DNA from: Coleofasciculus chthonoplastes F2-STO-03
GTDB taxonomy: Bacteria > Cyanobacteriota > Cyanobacteriia > Cyanobacteriales > Coleofasciculaceae
Assembly (NCBI GenBank): GCA_040222015.1
Contig: JAVJWO010000040.1
Span: forward strand, 64,001 to 128,000
Reading direction: 5' to 3'
Length of the DNA stretch: 64,000 bases
Under the pieces are notes generated by a model that did no database searches, had not been told where the DNA came from, and saw only the letters and a list, made by a program, of their open reading frames with translations. Made by a program: the position numbers and the translations under genes. Positions 9,438 to 22,077 of the stretch are shown piece by piece; the first letter of the stretch is position 1, and the number at the start of each line of letters is the position of its first letter.

Positions 9438-9965
9438 GTGAGTGATAGAAGACGCCAACGCGATCTACCCCAAATCAACGAAAGAATCCGCTATCCTAAG
9501 ATTCGTGCGATTGATACCGATGGCACACAGCTAGGAATCATTGCCCCTCAAGAGGCTTTATGCATCGCTGAGGAAAAAGAGTTGGATCTTGTCTTGGTTA
9601 GCGATAAGGCAGATCCGCCCGTGTGCCGGATCATGGACTACGGCAAATACAAATTTGAACAGGAGAAGAAAGCCCGCGAAGCCCGGAAGAAGCAACACAC
9701 GGCGGACGTTAAAGAAGTCAAGATGCGCTATAAGATTGATGATCATGACTACCAGGTGCGTGTCAACGCCGCTAGGCGCTTTCTGAAATCAGGAGATAAA
9801 GTTAAAGCCACGATTACCTTTCGGGGGCGAGAAATTCAGCACGCTAACTTAGCCGAAGACTTGCTCAAGCGCATGGCAACGGATTTACATGACGTTGCCG
9901 AAGTGCAGCAAGCCCCCAAACGGGAAGGTCGTAATATGATGATGCTACTCTCTTCCAAAAAATAA
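9438..9965 (+). CDS. infC: Translation initiation factor IF-3
   Basis: INERI...[23 protein letters not shown]...VKEVKMR...FRGRE; GTG start. Confidence 0.97.
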   Translation: MSDRRRQRDLPQINERIRYPKIRAIDTDGTQLGIIAPQEALCIAEEKELDLVLVSDKADPPVCRIMDYGKYKFEQEKKAREARKKQHTADVKEVKMRYKIDDHDYQVRVNAARRFLKSGDKVKATITFRGREIQHANLAEDLLKRMATDLHDVAEVQQAPKREGRNMMMLLSSKK

Positions 9966-9973
9966 GACTTGGG

Positions 9974-12900
9974 ATGAAACTACAAACTCGTACTCGCATT
10001 CAAAATGAATGGGTACGGCGAATCCTAGAATGGGTCAATCTTCGCCCAGAAGAAGGCGAGCGCACCTTTTTGATGTTCGCCTTCTACACCGCTACCTCAG
10101 TTGGGCTGCTTTGGTTTGAGTATAGTGCGACAGCACTGTTCTTGGACGAATACGGTGCGAGGTGGTTACCCGCCATTTATATCGCCAGCTCCCTGATGGT
10201 GTCTGGACTAGGGGTCTTATACTCTTGGCTACAAGAACGGGTACCGATGAGGCGTGTCTTGGTCACAGTCGCTTTCCTAACGGGCGTACCCTTGTTGATC
10301 TTACGGTTGACCTTAGGCTTTAGCTATTTAAACGGTTTAATCGCCTTGGGTACCGTTTTTCTGTTGCGATTGTGGATGGATGCGGTCGAAGTTCTCAATG
10401 ATCTCAACTCTCAAGTTGCCGCGAATCAATTATTCAATATTCGGGAAATTAAGCGCACTTATCCGATTGTGTCATCAGGACTCTTAGTGGCTGATGTTAT
10501 CTCCGGCTTTTCTTTACCCCTGCTGCTGTTGGTTGTCGGCACAATTCAAAACGTTCTCGTGGTGGCGGCGTTGATGATGATGGTTGGCGCTGGCACCTTG
10601 TTTTATTTAACCCAACGCTACCAGCAAGCCTTTCCTAACTTACCCACAAGGGATTGGGAAGACGATGACCAGAAATTTGTGGTTCGCCGCACGACCGGAC
10701 ATCTACAACGCTATATTGTGCCGTTATTTGCCTTTTTTATTCTCGGTGAAGCCCTGTATCTGCTGGTAGAGTTCCAATATCTGGGTCAATTAGAGGCAAA
10801 TTTAGAAGCCTCAGATATTGCTGGGTTTTTGGGGTTATTCAGTGGGATTGTCGGCATATTTGAACTCACCTCTCAGTGGTTCCTATCCAGTCGCGCCGTG
10901 GAACGTCTGGGCGTCTTTGTCGCGGCGATGATGCTACCTGCGTCCTTAGCGATTATGGGCTTAATCACATTGAGTGGTTTACTGGATGTGGTGATTAAGC
11001 TATTCGGTGCCGTCATTACCATCCCCGGATTCGTGACCGGATTATTTGTCGGTCTAATTTTCCTGCGGTTTATTGACGAACTCCTGCGCTATACCTTAAT
11101 TGCTGGCATTGAACCGTTCTTGTTCCAACCGATACCTGAAGGAATTCGTAATGCCCTGCAAACCCGAGTACAGGGAATTGCAGAACCCATAACCACGGGT
11201 ATTACGGGCATTAGTATGCTCGCTGGGATCTGGCTGTTGCATCACCTATTCCCAGGACAGCCGGAAGCTCAAATTCAACAATGGCAGAGTGGTATGTTTA
11301 TTCTTGCCATTGTGTTTTTCTCCCTAATCTGGTTGCTGAGTGCTTGGTCGATGCGCTCGACTTACGTTACCTTGCTGGTTGATAGCGCTGAACAAGGACG
11401 CTTAGGGTTTTCTGATGTTGACTTAAAGGCGTTCAAGCGAACGGTGATAGAAACCTTAGAACAACCGGGTACGGAAGCTGATAAACGCTCTTGTATTCAA
11501 CTGTTATCCCAGATTGACCCCACGAATGTGGGTGAGGTACTCGCTCCCCTTTTGCCTCGCCTTTCTATTGCGCTTCAGTGTCAGAGTCTAGAGGCGATGT
11601 TGGAGTATCCCAACCCAGCCTATTGTCAGGATGTGCAAGTCTTGATTGAGCAAAAACCGCCGCCAGAAGTTTTGGCGTTGGCGCTGCGTTATGTTTGGCT
11701 GACTCAACCGGAATTGGATATTGACACGATTAAACCTTATCTCCATGGGACAGTTGATCCGATGGTGCGAGCCACAGCCGCTGCGATTATCTTGCGTCGG
11801 GGAACCTCGCAAGAGAAGGCGGAAGCGACAGAGATCCTGCGGCGAATGGTGATCTCAAAACGGGAACGAGAACGGGTGATGGGGACGCGGGCTTTAGGAG
11901 AGGCAGAGTATTTGCAAGCCTTGAGAGTTCATATTCCTCATCTGTTAAAAGATGAATCGTTGCGTGTTCGTTGCGCTTTATTAGAGGTGATTGCGTCAAC
12001 CCATTTGGATGAGTTCTACCCATCGCTAGTACGAGGACTTTATTACAAATCGACTCGTGAAGCGGCTCGCATGGCGTTGGTACGTCTGGGGAATGAAGCA
12101 ATTCCGTTGCTGCTGGAGTTGGCAGAAGATATCCATAAACCGGATTTAGTTCGGGTACAAGCTTGGACGGCGTTGGCGGAGATTGGCACACCCGAAACCC
12201 TGAACTATCTGGTGCAACAGCTAATGACGAGTTGGGGGATCAGCCGTCGTAATATTCTCCGCAGCTTATTGAAAATTCCTAATGAGGAAGGAATCGATGT
12301 GGTGCTAGATCAGTTGGGACGGAGTGGGATTGAGACGTTAATTGAGCAAGAACTGCTGTTTTTGGGTCAGATTTATGCCGCTCTGGTGGATTTGAAGCCA
12401 GAACTGATCAGTGGACAGGAGGCAGATTTGCTGCGACGGGCGTTAAATGATCAGCAAAAGGATTTGCTGGAGAATTGTTTTTTGCTGATGAAGTTTCTTT
12501 ATCCCGTTGGTGCAATTCAAGCGGCATCCTTTAATCTGGAATCTGAGTCTCGCTCCAATATTGCGATGGGATTGGAAATATTGGATAATACCATAGATAT
12601 TCCCCAAAAGCAAGCCTTTTTAACTCTGTTTGATCGCCGTTCCTTTGGCGAAAAGCTGGAATGTTTGCAAGAACTGGTGTCTTATCAACCGATGAATCCC
12701 AGCGATCGCGTGCGACGATTGATTGAGTTTCGTCATTTTCTCTCGGATTGGACTCTGGCTTGTTGTTTCCATTTAGCGCGGGGGGCTTATATGAGTTTGA
12801 CACCGGCAGCAACGTTAGTCTGTCTGCGTCATCCCACGGGTTTTGTCCGAGAAGCGGTTTTAACCTATTTGAAAGCTGCATCGCCCCGTGCTTGTATCGA

Positions 12901-12988
12901 ATTACTACCGATGCTTAAACATGATTCCGATCGGTTGGTGGCGGCGGTAGCTCAACAGATGAGTAACGAATTTGGTCTGGTGAGTTAA
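9974..12988 (+). CDS. MFS/Npt-like membrane transporter domain fused to HEAT repeats
   Basis: About 12 TM segments in the N-terminal ~470 aa (LFNIREIKRTYP motif), followed by HEAT-like helical repeats (VRATAAA, VRCALLE, VREAVL). Confidence 0.8.
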   Translation: MKLQTRTRIQNEWVRRILEWVNLRPEEGERTFLMFAFYTATSVGLLWFEYSATALFLDEYGARWLPAIYIASSLMVSGLGVLYSWLQERVPMRRVLVTVAFLTGVPLLILRLTLGFSYLNGLIALGTVFLLRLWMDAVEVLNDLNSQVAANQLFNIREIKRTYPIVSSGLLVADVISGFSLPLLLLVVGTIQNVLVVAALMMMVGAGTLFYLTQRYQQAFPNLPTRDWEDDDQKFVVRRTTGHLQRYIVPLFAFFILGEALYLLVEFQYLGQLEANLEASDIAGFLGLFSGIVGIFELTSQWFLSSRAVERLGVFVAAMMLPASLAIMGLITLSGLLDVVIKLFGAVITIPGFVTGLFVGLIFLRFIDELLRYTLIAGIEPFLFQPIPEGIRNALQTRVQGIAEPITTGITGISMLAGIWLLHHLFPGQPEAQIQQWQSGMFILAIVFFSLIWLLSAWSMRSTYVTLLVDSAEQGRLGFSDVDLKAFKRTVIETLEQPGTEADKRSCIQLLSQIDPTNVGEVLAPLLPRLSIALQCQSLEAMLEYPNPAYCQDVQVLIEQKPPPEVLALALRYVWLTQPELDIDTIKPYLHGTVDPMVRATAAAIILRRGTSQEKAEATEILRRMVISKRERERVMGTRALGEAEYLQALRVHIPHLLKDESLRVRCALLEVIASTHLDEFYPSLVRGLYYKSTREAARMALVRLGNEAIPLLLELAEDIHKPDLVRVQAWTALAEIGTPETLNYLVQQLMTSWGISRRNILRSLLKIPNEEGIDVVLDQLGRSGIETLIEQELLFLGQIYAALVDLKPELISGQEADLLRRALNDQQKDLLENCFLLMKFLYPVGAIQAASFNLESESRSNIAMGLEILDNTIDIPQKQAFLTLFDRRSFGEKLECLQELVSYQPMNPSDRVRRLIEFRHFLSDWTLACCFHLARGAYMSLTPAATLVCLRHPTGFVREAVLTYLKAASPRACIELLPMLKHDSDRLVAAVAQQMSNEFGLVS

Positions 12989-13112
12989 CCTTGTTACCGA
13001 CCGAAGCCGAGATATGTCCACCTACTTATTTTGCGTCAAAGTGGGATAGAGTAAACTAGACCTTTGTTCAGCTATATTTAGCACCAATCTCCAGCAGCTA
13101 CCCGCTAACCCC

Positions 13113-13595
13113 ATGTTAACCAGCGTTGAGCGTTTACTTTTTGTCAGGGGCGTCCCCATTTTTCAGGAATTGCGGGACGATTTTCTGGTGCGCGTTGCTT
13201 CGGTTATGGATGAGCTATCATTTCCGAGTGATCATACGATTGTTACCCAAGGGGAAGAAGGGCGATCGCTATACATTGTGGTGTCCGGTTCCGTGCGGGT
13301 TCACATTGGCGATCGCGATTTGGCATATCTGAAGCAAGGTGCTTGTTTTGGCGAGATGTCACTTTTTGATGCTGAACCGCGTTCGGCTTCGGTGACAACA
13401 TTGGAAACCTGCGAATGTCTGATGCTGACTCAACTGCAATTGTATGACGCTATTGATGAGACGCCAGGAATTGCGATTAATATTATCCGCTTACTCTCCC
13501 GCCGCATTCGAGAACTGAATAATAAGTTGAATGCTTACGAAGTGAAACATCCGGCGTCTGATTTCAGTAAAACCAGCAGTAATTTTACGAGGTAG
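13113..13595 (+). CDS. Cyclic-nucleotide-binding domain protein
   Basis: QGEEGRSLYIVVSGSV...FGEMSLFDAEPRSASV phosphate-binding cassette. Confidence 0.9.
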   Translation: MLTSVERLLFVRGVPIFQELRDDFLVRVASVMDELSFPSDHTIVTQGEEGRSLYIVVSGSVRVHIGDRDLAYLKQGACFGEMSLFDAEPRSASVTTLETCECLMLTQLQLYDAIDETPGIAINIIRLLSRRIRELNNKLNAYEVKHPASDFSKTSSNFTR

Positions 13596-13602
13596 TTAAG
13601 GA

Positions 13603-15039
13603 TTACAGCTTTAGAGCTTTGTGCCTATAGTGATTCCCAGTTTCTTGGAGATCTAGAGCGATTCGTTCTCGCAATTTCCAAGGTAGCAAGACTTCTACTT
13701 CTGCACCTAAAGCCCGTAAGCGCCGGATTACGTGATAATCGTTAACCCGGTATTGATCTTGGTAGTAGCCATCATCGGGAGAGCGATGTTGAAGAATGTC
13801 TAGCCGAGTATTTTTGTGTTCGGGATTGGGCGTATGTTGTTTGATTAAACGGGTGGCTTGCTGATAGTTAATCGGGGCAAAGGTGTGATGCAAGAACGTA
13901 CCTCGAATATAGTGATCATGAAACTGTTGGTTAAACCGTAGTACCATCAACGCCGATGGTTTATAGAAATCAAATCCCCAGGCTTGTTTCAGCTTCGTGT
14001 GAACCGTTGTGGGTGTGGGCAATTGGTTCTTCTTGTATTGCTCCTGCAACAACTGGGGGACGCGAGTATCTGTCCAGTTTAATGGCATCAACCGCTCAGA
14101 GCAAATTCGGTCGAGGCGATAATTGTGCCAGTTGATTTCGCTTTTGGGAGTGCTGCCATAGGCACATAAGTATTTTGCCCGTTCCATATAATAGATACAA
14201 ACCGGATAGACAACGCATTCTTTGATTAAACCCAAATGAGCGCTGTGATAAGTCATGAGTAGGGGAGACATTTGTCCAGAGTCCCAAATGTCCTGCAATT
14301 GTCCCTGAAGTTGATCCACCTGATCTTGTTTTTGGGTGGATTCGGGGACTAAGTAATCAATGTATAAAAAGACACGATGAGTATCGTCTTGGGGATGGGG
14401 AGAGATTTGCTCAGTTAAGAATGGGATATTGGGGTCGAGAAAACTTACCATTTCCAAGGTTTCTGCCAAATAAACCTGCTCTTGAGGCGTCAGATTGCTG
14501 TTAGAGATTCGGTTTTCTGGTTGTTGAGAAATGGGCAAGACTTGGACGCGACGGTAGTTCTTGCTTCTCCCGGTTGAGTGAGGAACTCGTTGCAGCCAGT
14601 TGAGATCAACCAGTAAGTCTAAGTCACTCTGAAGGGATTTACGAACTTGAGCAAATAGCCGTTCGTGGAGTAAGTTTTTCAGGTCAGAATCAGAAATTGA
14701 CAGGTGTTGTTGTAGGGATTCTTGCCATTTATCAATGGCTATATTCACTTCTTTGAGCCATGTTCTGGTGGTTTTCGTGCAGGCACAGTTAGGTTCGTGG
14801 TGCTGGAGAATATCGTTTTGTTTCTCATCCTGGTGCGTTGGGCTGAAGAAGGCTTGACGCCAATCCGCGTAGGTGAATCTGTCGGGCAAAGCCGCGTATC
14901 CCTGATCCCCATACAGCCAGCGCAGCCAAACCCATAATCTCACCGCCCGGGTGAGATGGTGATTTTGTTGCAAAAGTCCTTTGGCTAATCGTTGCAGGAG
15001 TTCAGGTTGGGGGGGATGGCGAAAGAATAGATCAGACAT
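13603..15039 (-). CDS. CRISPR-associated WYL-domain regulator (TIGR03985-like)
   Basis: YPVCIYYMERAKYLCAYG...WHNYRLDRI WYL core; C-terminal RLRALGAEVEVLLPWKLRERI; divergent from the cas genes. Start probably ATG 15039. Confidence 0.85.
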   Translation of the reverse strand: MSDLFFRHPPQPELLQRLAKGLLQQNHHLTRAVRLWVWLRWLYGDQGYAALPDRFTYADWRQAFFSPTHQDEKQNDILQHHEPNCACTKTTRTWLKEVNIAIDKWQESLQQHLSISDSDLKNLLHERLFAQVRKSLQSDLDLLVDLNWLQRVPHSTGRSKNYRRVQVLPISQQPENRISNSNLTPQEQVYLAETLEMVSFLDPNIPFLTEQISPHPQDDTHRVFLYIDYLVPESTQKQDQVDQLQGQLQDIWDSGQMSPLLMTYHSAHLGLIKECVVYPVCIYYMERAKYLCAYGSTPKSEINWHNYRLDRICSERLMPLNWTDTRVPQLLQEQYKKNQLPTPTTVHTKLKQAWGFDFYKPSALMVLRFNQQFHDHYIRGTFLHHTFAPINYQQATRLIKQHTPNPEHKNTRLDILQHRSPDDGYYQDQYRVNDYHVIRRLRALGAEVEVLLPWKLRERIALDLQETGNHYRHKALKL

Positions 15040-15082
15040 CAGTTTTGGTTTTGTTGAGTGTGGCTTATAGGTTATCAAGTAT

Positions 15083-15100
15083 CGGAAGGGGGTGCTTCCG
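15083..15100. promoter_or_regulatory. Inverted repeat CGGAAG-N6-CTTCCG, candidate WYL operator
   Basis: Perfect 6-bp arms between the divergent WYL and cas genes, with a CATAAT -10-like hexamer at 15110-15115. Confidence 0.4.
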
Positions 15101-15248
15101 CAGGGGTGGCATAATTTTGGGTACAGAGGCGATCGCGCCCTCGACTCGTCCCCCTCTCAATCCCATGGAGATAAGTTGGATTAGAGTGTTAAGGAAGAGC
15201 GATCGCCTATCTCACTCCAGCAGCGACGTCATACACAGGTTAGCCACT

Positions 15249-16283
15249 ATGAACACATCTGAGTTGGATAAGTACAAAGTCGATCATCTGTTCTTGCTCA
15301 TTGGGGAAAATCCTTTGCCTAATTATGTAGCTGCCAGACTCTTGTTAAACAAGGGAGGTATGCCCTATCTGGTTTACTCAAAGGGTACAAAAGATCCAGC
15401 GGAGCGTTTACAAACAATATTGAGTAACGAGTCAATTGGCTTAGAAACAGCTCAACTTGTGCCACTTAATGATTACGAATCCGATGCTTATCACATTAAA
15501 AATGCGATTCGTCTAAGACTAGAATCTATCAAAGTGGGAAACATTGGATTGAATTACACGGGTGGTACGAAGGCGATGGCTGTACACGCTTACAGAGCCG
15601 TTTTCAGCAAAGAGCGTCCCGACACTGTTTTTAGCTATCTTGATCCACGCAAGCTAGAGATATGTATTGATCGAGAAGATTCTCCCTGCATCGGCATTAA
15701 AGTGAAGCCAGAATTGTTGGAAGTCAAACTTGTAGAGTTTTTTAATCTTCACGGTTTGAAGTTAAACGGAAAACCTACTCAAGAAGTGCAATTACCTGAA
15801 TTAGCAGCAGCACTTACCCAAGTATTTAATAATGAGGATAAAGCAAAACGGTGGTTTGATTGGTACTGCAATGTTTTCTGTAAAGAGGCTCGTAAGAAGA
15901 AAAATGGCAATTGGGGTGATTGGAACAGCAAGACAAAATTAGCTGCATTATCAATATCAGTCGAAAAATTACCGCCAGAAGTTGAGGCTGAGTTTAAGGG
16001 AGAAAACTTAATTGATTCAACTGGCAAACTCTCGTTGCAAGCAGTACAACAATTAAAGACCATAAAACAGGAGCCTGTCTTTAAAGAAATCAAGGATTTT
16101 TGTAAATACCTGGACGGCTTGTGGTTAGAGCATTATGTTTTGAAAAAAGTCAAAAATATTGCTGATAAAAACTATATCAAAGATTGCGGACTTAATTTTA
16201 AAGTATCTCTCCCAGGAACTCAACAGGGATTTGAATTTGATGTGTTGGTGAATACTTCTGGGCAAAGGAAGGAGGGATTGTAA
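15249..16283 (+). pseudogene. CARF-domain nuclease (Card1/DUF1887-like), 3'-truncated
   Basis: LFLLIGENPLPNY and IGLNYTGGTKAM CARF motifs; GLWLEHYV...GFEFDV marks the start of a PD-(D/E)xK domain, which breaks off right after FDV. Confidence 0.8.
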
Positions 16284-17440
16284 AGTTATACAAAGAAAAG
16301 CGACGGATTAATATTCATAATTTTCGCGATCGCAAAAAAGGGAGAGCGACAGATAATCAAGGTGAACTCTTCCGCTACGAGGCTTTAGATGCAGGACAAA
16401 CCTTTCAATCTATCATCCTTTGTGAAGATGACGATGTAGAAACCATTCAGAATTTATTAGCCGAACCAAATATCTGGTTAGGAGGTTCTCAAAGTGCGGG
16501 ATACGGACATACTAAAATTATTGAAACCCAACCATCTAGCACGAATTGGAGTGAAATAGGAATTTCAGCAGAAGACCGAGAAAATGATGACGTTTTGAGT
16601 ATCACCCTTCTCAGTGACACGCTGTTAAGAAACGATCAGGGTCAACCTGTAGCTGATCCAAGTTTAATTAAACAAGCGATCGAGGATGTTTTAAATATAA
16701 CCTTGCCTCAACCTAAACCAGGAGGTATTTTCACTAGCAGTACGTTAATCGGTGGCTTTAACCGGAAATGGGGATTGCCTTTACCTCAAGTTCCAGCCTT
16801 AACAGCAGGGAGTGTGATTGTTTTTGAAAGTGAAGATATTGCAATTACTACAGAACAAATTAAGCTACTTGAAGTTTGCGGAATTGGAGAGATAAGAGAA
16901 GACGGTTTTGGGAGGATTGCTGTAAATTGGCTAAACGATGAATATATTCAAGTAAAATTAGCCAAGTTATCTAGTACCTCCAGCTTACCGCCGTTAAGAA
17001 GCGAAGACTCGCGGCTTTTGGCTGAACAAATGGCACAAAGACTGTTGGAACAAAAGCTAGAACAATATCTTCAAAAACAGCTTGGATATTTAAGTTTGGA
17101 TGAGGGCATGAGTAACAGCCAATTATCACGACTGCAATCTGTTGCCCGACAAGCACTTCCCAACGGAGATTGTAATTTAGTTATCTCGCTGCTAAATAAC
17201 TTACCCTCTAATGCTAAGAATCAGTTTGAGCGCATAAAATTAGGAAACAAATCGTTCAGAAAACAGCTAGACGAGTGGCTAGAAAATCCGACAAATTGGA
17301 TTAATGGTATAGAATTAAAAATTGCTGATGTAGAGCGCAAATTTGATGACGATCGCGCTCGACAAGATAAGCTAGCTGAAAAGTACACGCTACGCCTAAT
17401 TATGGCAGTAGCCAAGAAGGCAACTAAGGAGAAAAACTAA
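16244..17440 (+). pseudogene. Cas7-Cas5-Cas11 (Csx10-type) fusion, 5'-deleted remnant
   Basis: Frame open from 16244 with no proper start: RINIHNFRDRKKGRA...LFRYEAL..GQTF...LGGSQSAGYG, GGFNRKWGLPLPQ, GIGEIREDGFGRI, then a helical SNSQLSRL...KYTLRLI Cas11-like tail. Confidence 0.8.
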
Positions 17441-18216
17441 TGATTCTTGAACGCCTGAACCGCCACCAACGCCCTATTGCTAAACGCATCATTGTACGAG
17501 GCAGATTAATTTTAGATACTCCGACTTGTCTAGGAAGTGGTGATGCAGATAGTCCAACTGATTTAGCATTACTCAGAGATAGTATTAGTGACCATGCTAT
17601 TTTAACAGGTTCATCTATTGCAGGTGCTTTGAGAAATTACTTACGTGAGTATGAGCATGGGTATGTGACAGGTGAACAAGAGTGCGATCGCGCTACTTCC
17701 CTATTTGGTGGAACCCGTCGTGATGATGATGGTGAACAAAGTCCATTAATTGTGAATGATGCCATCAGTAGCAAGATACCGACTGTGGAATTGAGAGATG
17801 GAGTAGAAATTGAAGGAAAAACTGGTACAGCCAAAAAAGGTCAGAAATACGACTTAGAGCTATTAGCCGCCGGAACTGAATTTTCTCTATGTTTTGAATT
17901 ACTGATAGAGCAGAAACAAGACCCCAGAGAACAGCAAAATTATGAAGATAGGCTAGTAAAATCACTAGCATTAGCTTTACGAGGCTTAGAGCTTGGTGAA
18001 ATTAGCATTGGCATGAAAAAGCGACGGGGCTTTGGTCGCTGTAAAGTGAAAACGTGGCAAGTTTGGCAATTTGACCTCACTCAAGATGATAAAAGATTAG
18101 AATGGCTACTATTTGAGCATTGGTGTACAGAATTATTACCAGAACACGAAACGTATTCGTCAATTGCTACTGCTCTTGGGCTGTCTTTGGATGAAGAGGA
18201 AGACAAACGCGAATGA
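17440..18216 (+). pseudogene. cas7: RAMP Cas7 (first domain of a Cas7-2x protein; the second domain appears deleted)
   Basis: GSSIAGALR, LFGG, ELRDGVEI and GMKKRRGFGR. The ORF ends where a second RAMP domain would begin and abuts mid-gene csx19. Confidence 0.75.
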
Positions 18217-18745
18217 AACGCTTAGAACTTGGTTAGAGGAACAAGCGAGAACCTGTAACCTAAATTATCTGCTAGCTCATGCTGAAGACGGTGTAATTTG
18301 GGGTCGCTTTGATTCAGGCAAATTAACCACAGCGGAACAGATATTTCACCAGCCTGAGTTTAACGTAGATTTTCCATCCCTACGAGTCTTCACCCTTCAA
18401 CAATGCCGTATCTTTGGCAAAAATACTGAAGTGATGCTCTGGAAAGTGGGTCAAGACGACTGGAAAGCACGTTCCATTGAGGATAAATATCTGTCAGAAG
18501 AGGACTATATTTCCGAAAATCAAATCCTTTGGGGAACTAAAGCCGAGAAGGAATCCAATGGATTTACTTTAGTGTCAGATGGCTCTCAAGGTTTAAAACA
18601 CGCTGTACCTTTAAGTGGGAGTTTTAAAGGTAAAGATTCTCGATTCTTACGTTTAAAAGTACATCATTATATTCATTATGATGATGGAGTAGCTCGTATC
18701 TATTTGAGTCGTCTGGTTAATTTATATTTTGATAGCAATACTTAG
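18212..18745 (+). pseudogene. csx19: Csx19 (TIGR03984-like), start deleted
   Basis: YLLAHAEDGVIWG, TLQQCRIFG, QILWGT, QGLKHAVP and HYIHYD-DGVARIYLSRL; no credible start codon. Confidence 0.8.
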
Positions 18746-18816
18746 ATTTTAATTATTTGTCTCAATAGCATCGAACTCACATTAAAATAAGAATAGATTG
18801 CATTAAGGAGCAAATT

Positions 18817-19404
18817 ATGATTACCACTCGCGAACACTATCAAAAAATGACGGCTGAAGAATACTTAGAATGGGAAGCCAAGCAAGAATTTCGCCATGAA
18901 TATATTGACGGCGAAATTCTTGCTATGACAGGAGGAACTCTTCCTCATAATGACATTGCCCTTAACTTGTACAGGACTTTATATCCTCATATACGTCAGA
19001 GGGGCTGTCGAGTTAATGTGTCAGATGCGAAAGTTCAGGCTCGTAAAAATAGTCGCTATTTCTATCCCGATTTAGTTATCAGTTGCGATCCTGATGATTT
19101 GAAAGCTCGCGATTTTATTCAAAATCCGAAAGTTATTGTTGAGGTTCTTTCTCCAGGTACAGCCAATTACGATCGCACGAAAAAACTCAAGTATTATCGC
19201 CAGATTCCGAGTTTGCAAGAATACGTCTTAGTGGATTCAGAAGAAATAGTAGTTGAGGTTTATCGTAGAGGAGAAGGTAAGATGTGGCTTTATTATGAGT
19301 ATGAAGCTGGGGAAGCGATCGCTTTAGAAAGTATTGAGTTTGAGTGTGCGATCGACCTGCTGTATGAAGGTGTTAGTTTTGAACAAGAGTTAGAGGATAA
19401 ATAG
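18817..19404 (+). CDS. Uma2 family (DUF820) endonuclease-fold protein
   Basis: EEYLEWE...RHEYIDGEILAMTGG..PH, YPDLVISC, VEVLSPGT..YDR..K...Y. Confidence 0.93.
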   Translation: MITTREHYQKMTAEEYLEWEAKQEFRHEYIDGEILAMTGGTLPHNDIALNLYRTLYPHIRQRGCRVNVSDAKVQARKNSRYFYPDLVISCDPDDLKARDFIQNPKVIVEVLSPGTANYDRTKKLKYYRQIPSLQEYVLVDSEEIVVEVYRRGEGKMWLYYEYEAGEAIALESIEFECAIDLLYEGVSFEQELEDK

Positions 19405-19443
19405 AGATTAAGTTAATTCACTGAATCATAAGGAAACTGAACT

Positions 19444-21378
<1,935 letters not shown>

Positions 21379-21477
21379 AGGTAGCACCAGATCCGGTGAA
21401 AAGTAAGAGCAACATGGGGGTAGTTAACCCGGATTTAGTCTGAGCCATAGGCAGGGGAATTTTTTATTTGGCACAGA

Positions 21478-21507
21478 TTGCCGTTTTTTCCAAATCAACG
21501 TTATAAT
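21478..21507 (+). promoter_or_regulatory. Sigma70-like promoter for tRNA-Arg
   Basis: TTGCCG-N18-TATAAT about 50 bp upstream of the tRNA. Confidence 0.5.
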
Positions 21508-21556
21508 CTGATTTGTGTAAGTATGTTTCCTTGGAAACGCCGCTACACACAAGGAA

Positions 21557-21629
21557 GGGCGCGTAGCTCAGTGGATAGAGCACCAGATTCCGGTTCTGGG
21601 TGTCGGGGGTTCAAATCCCTCCGTGCTCG
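21557..21629 (+). tRNA. trnR: tRNA-Arg(CCG)
   Basis: Acceptor GGGCGCG/CGTGCTC; D arm AGCTCAGTGGATAGAGC; anticodon arm CCAGA-TTCCGGT-TCTGG; T loop GGTTCAAATCC. CCA is not encoded. Confidence 0.96.
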
Positions 21630-22077
21630 TTAAACTGTCGATTGACACATTATTTGTCATCGTTGTCAGATTAGTGTCATCGGCTCTCCAGTAGGACGAG
21701 GGTAGGGGTTATTGATACGGTCGAGGGTAGTATTTTTCCGTTTGATGAAGGCTTGTTGTTGGTTATTGAGGTCGCCTTTTTCGTTCATCTTAGTTAAAGT
21801 TTTGGCGATGTCTGCTGCTTTTTCGGCACGAACTTCCTCATGCTGCGATATTATGCAGTTTCCTTGATCCCGAATAAGTCATGTCACAATCCTGGTGCTG
21901 ACTTTTGGCATCCCATCCGATAATAAGGCGATGTTGAGTTTCGTGTAGGTACAGCCCGCCGTAGGCATCGCGTCTCTCGATTCAGGTCAATTTGGTAATC
22001 TTCTATAATGTATAGTTTCGGAGGCAGATTGTAATAACTCTTGCCTTAGAATCCAATAGATTTTGCTCAGGTTATCG

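Noticed and set aside
9974..13595. Transporter-HEAT plus cNMP-binding genes as part of CRISPR second-messenger signalling
   Set aside because: This pair is a common cyanobacterial arrangement that follows infC here and converges on the WYL gene; the adjacency most likely marks the island boundary.
21383..21397. AGCACCAGATCCGGT, resembling the tRNA-Arg anticodon arm, as an att site
   Set aside because: Only 15 bp with an indel, ~170 bp upstream of the tRNA, and no integrase is present; chance cannot be excluded.
21525..21538. GTTTCC-TT-GGAAAC as a collapsed CRISPR repeat
   Set aside because: A single short palindrome in the tRNA leader with no second copy.
21668..21845. Minus-strand open stretch (HEEVRAEKAADIAKTLTKMNEKG...) downstream of the tRNA
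   Set aside because: May be a gene relic, but it has no recognisable motif or clear start.
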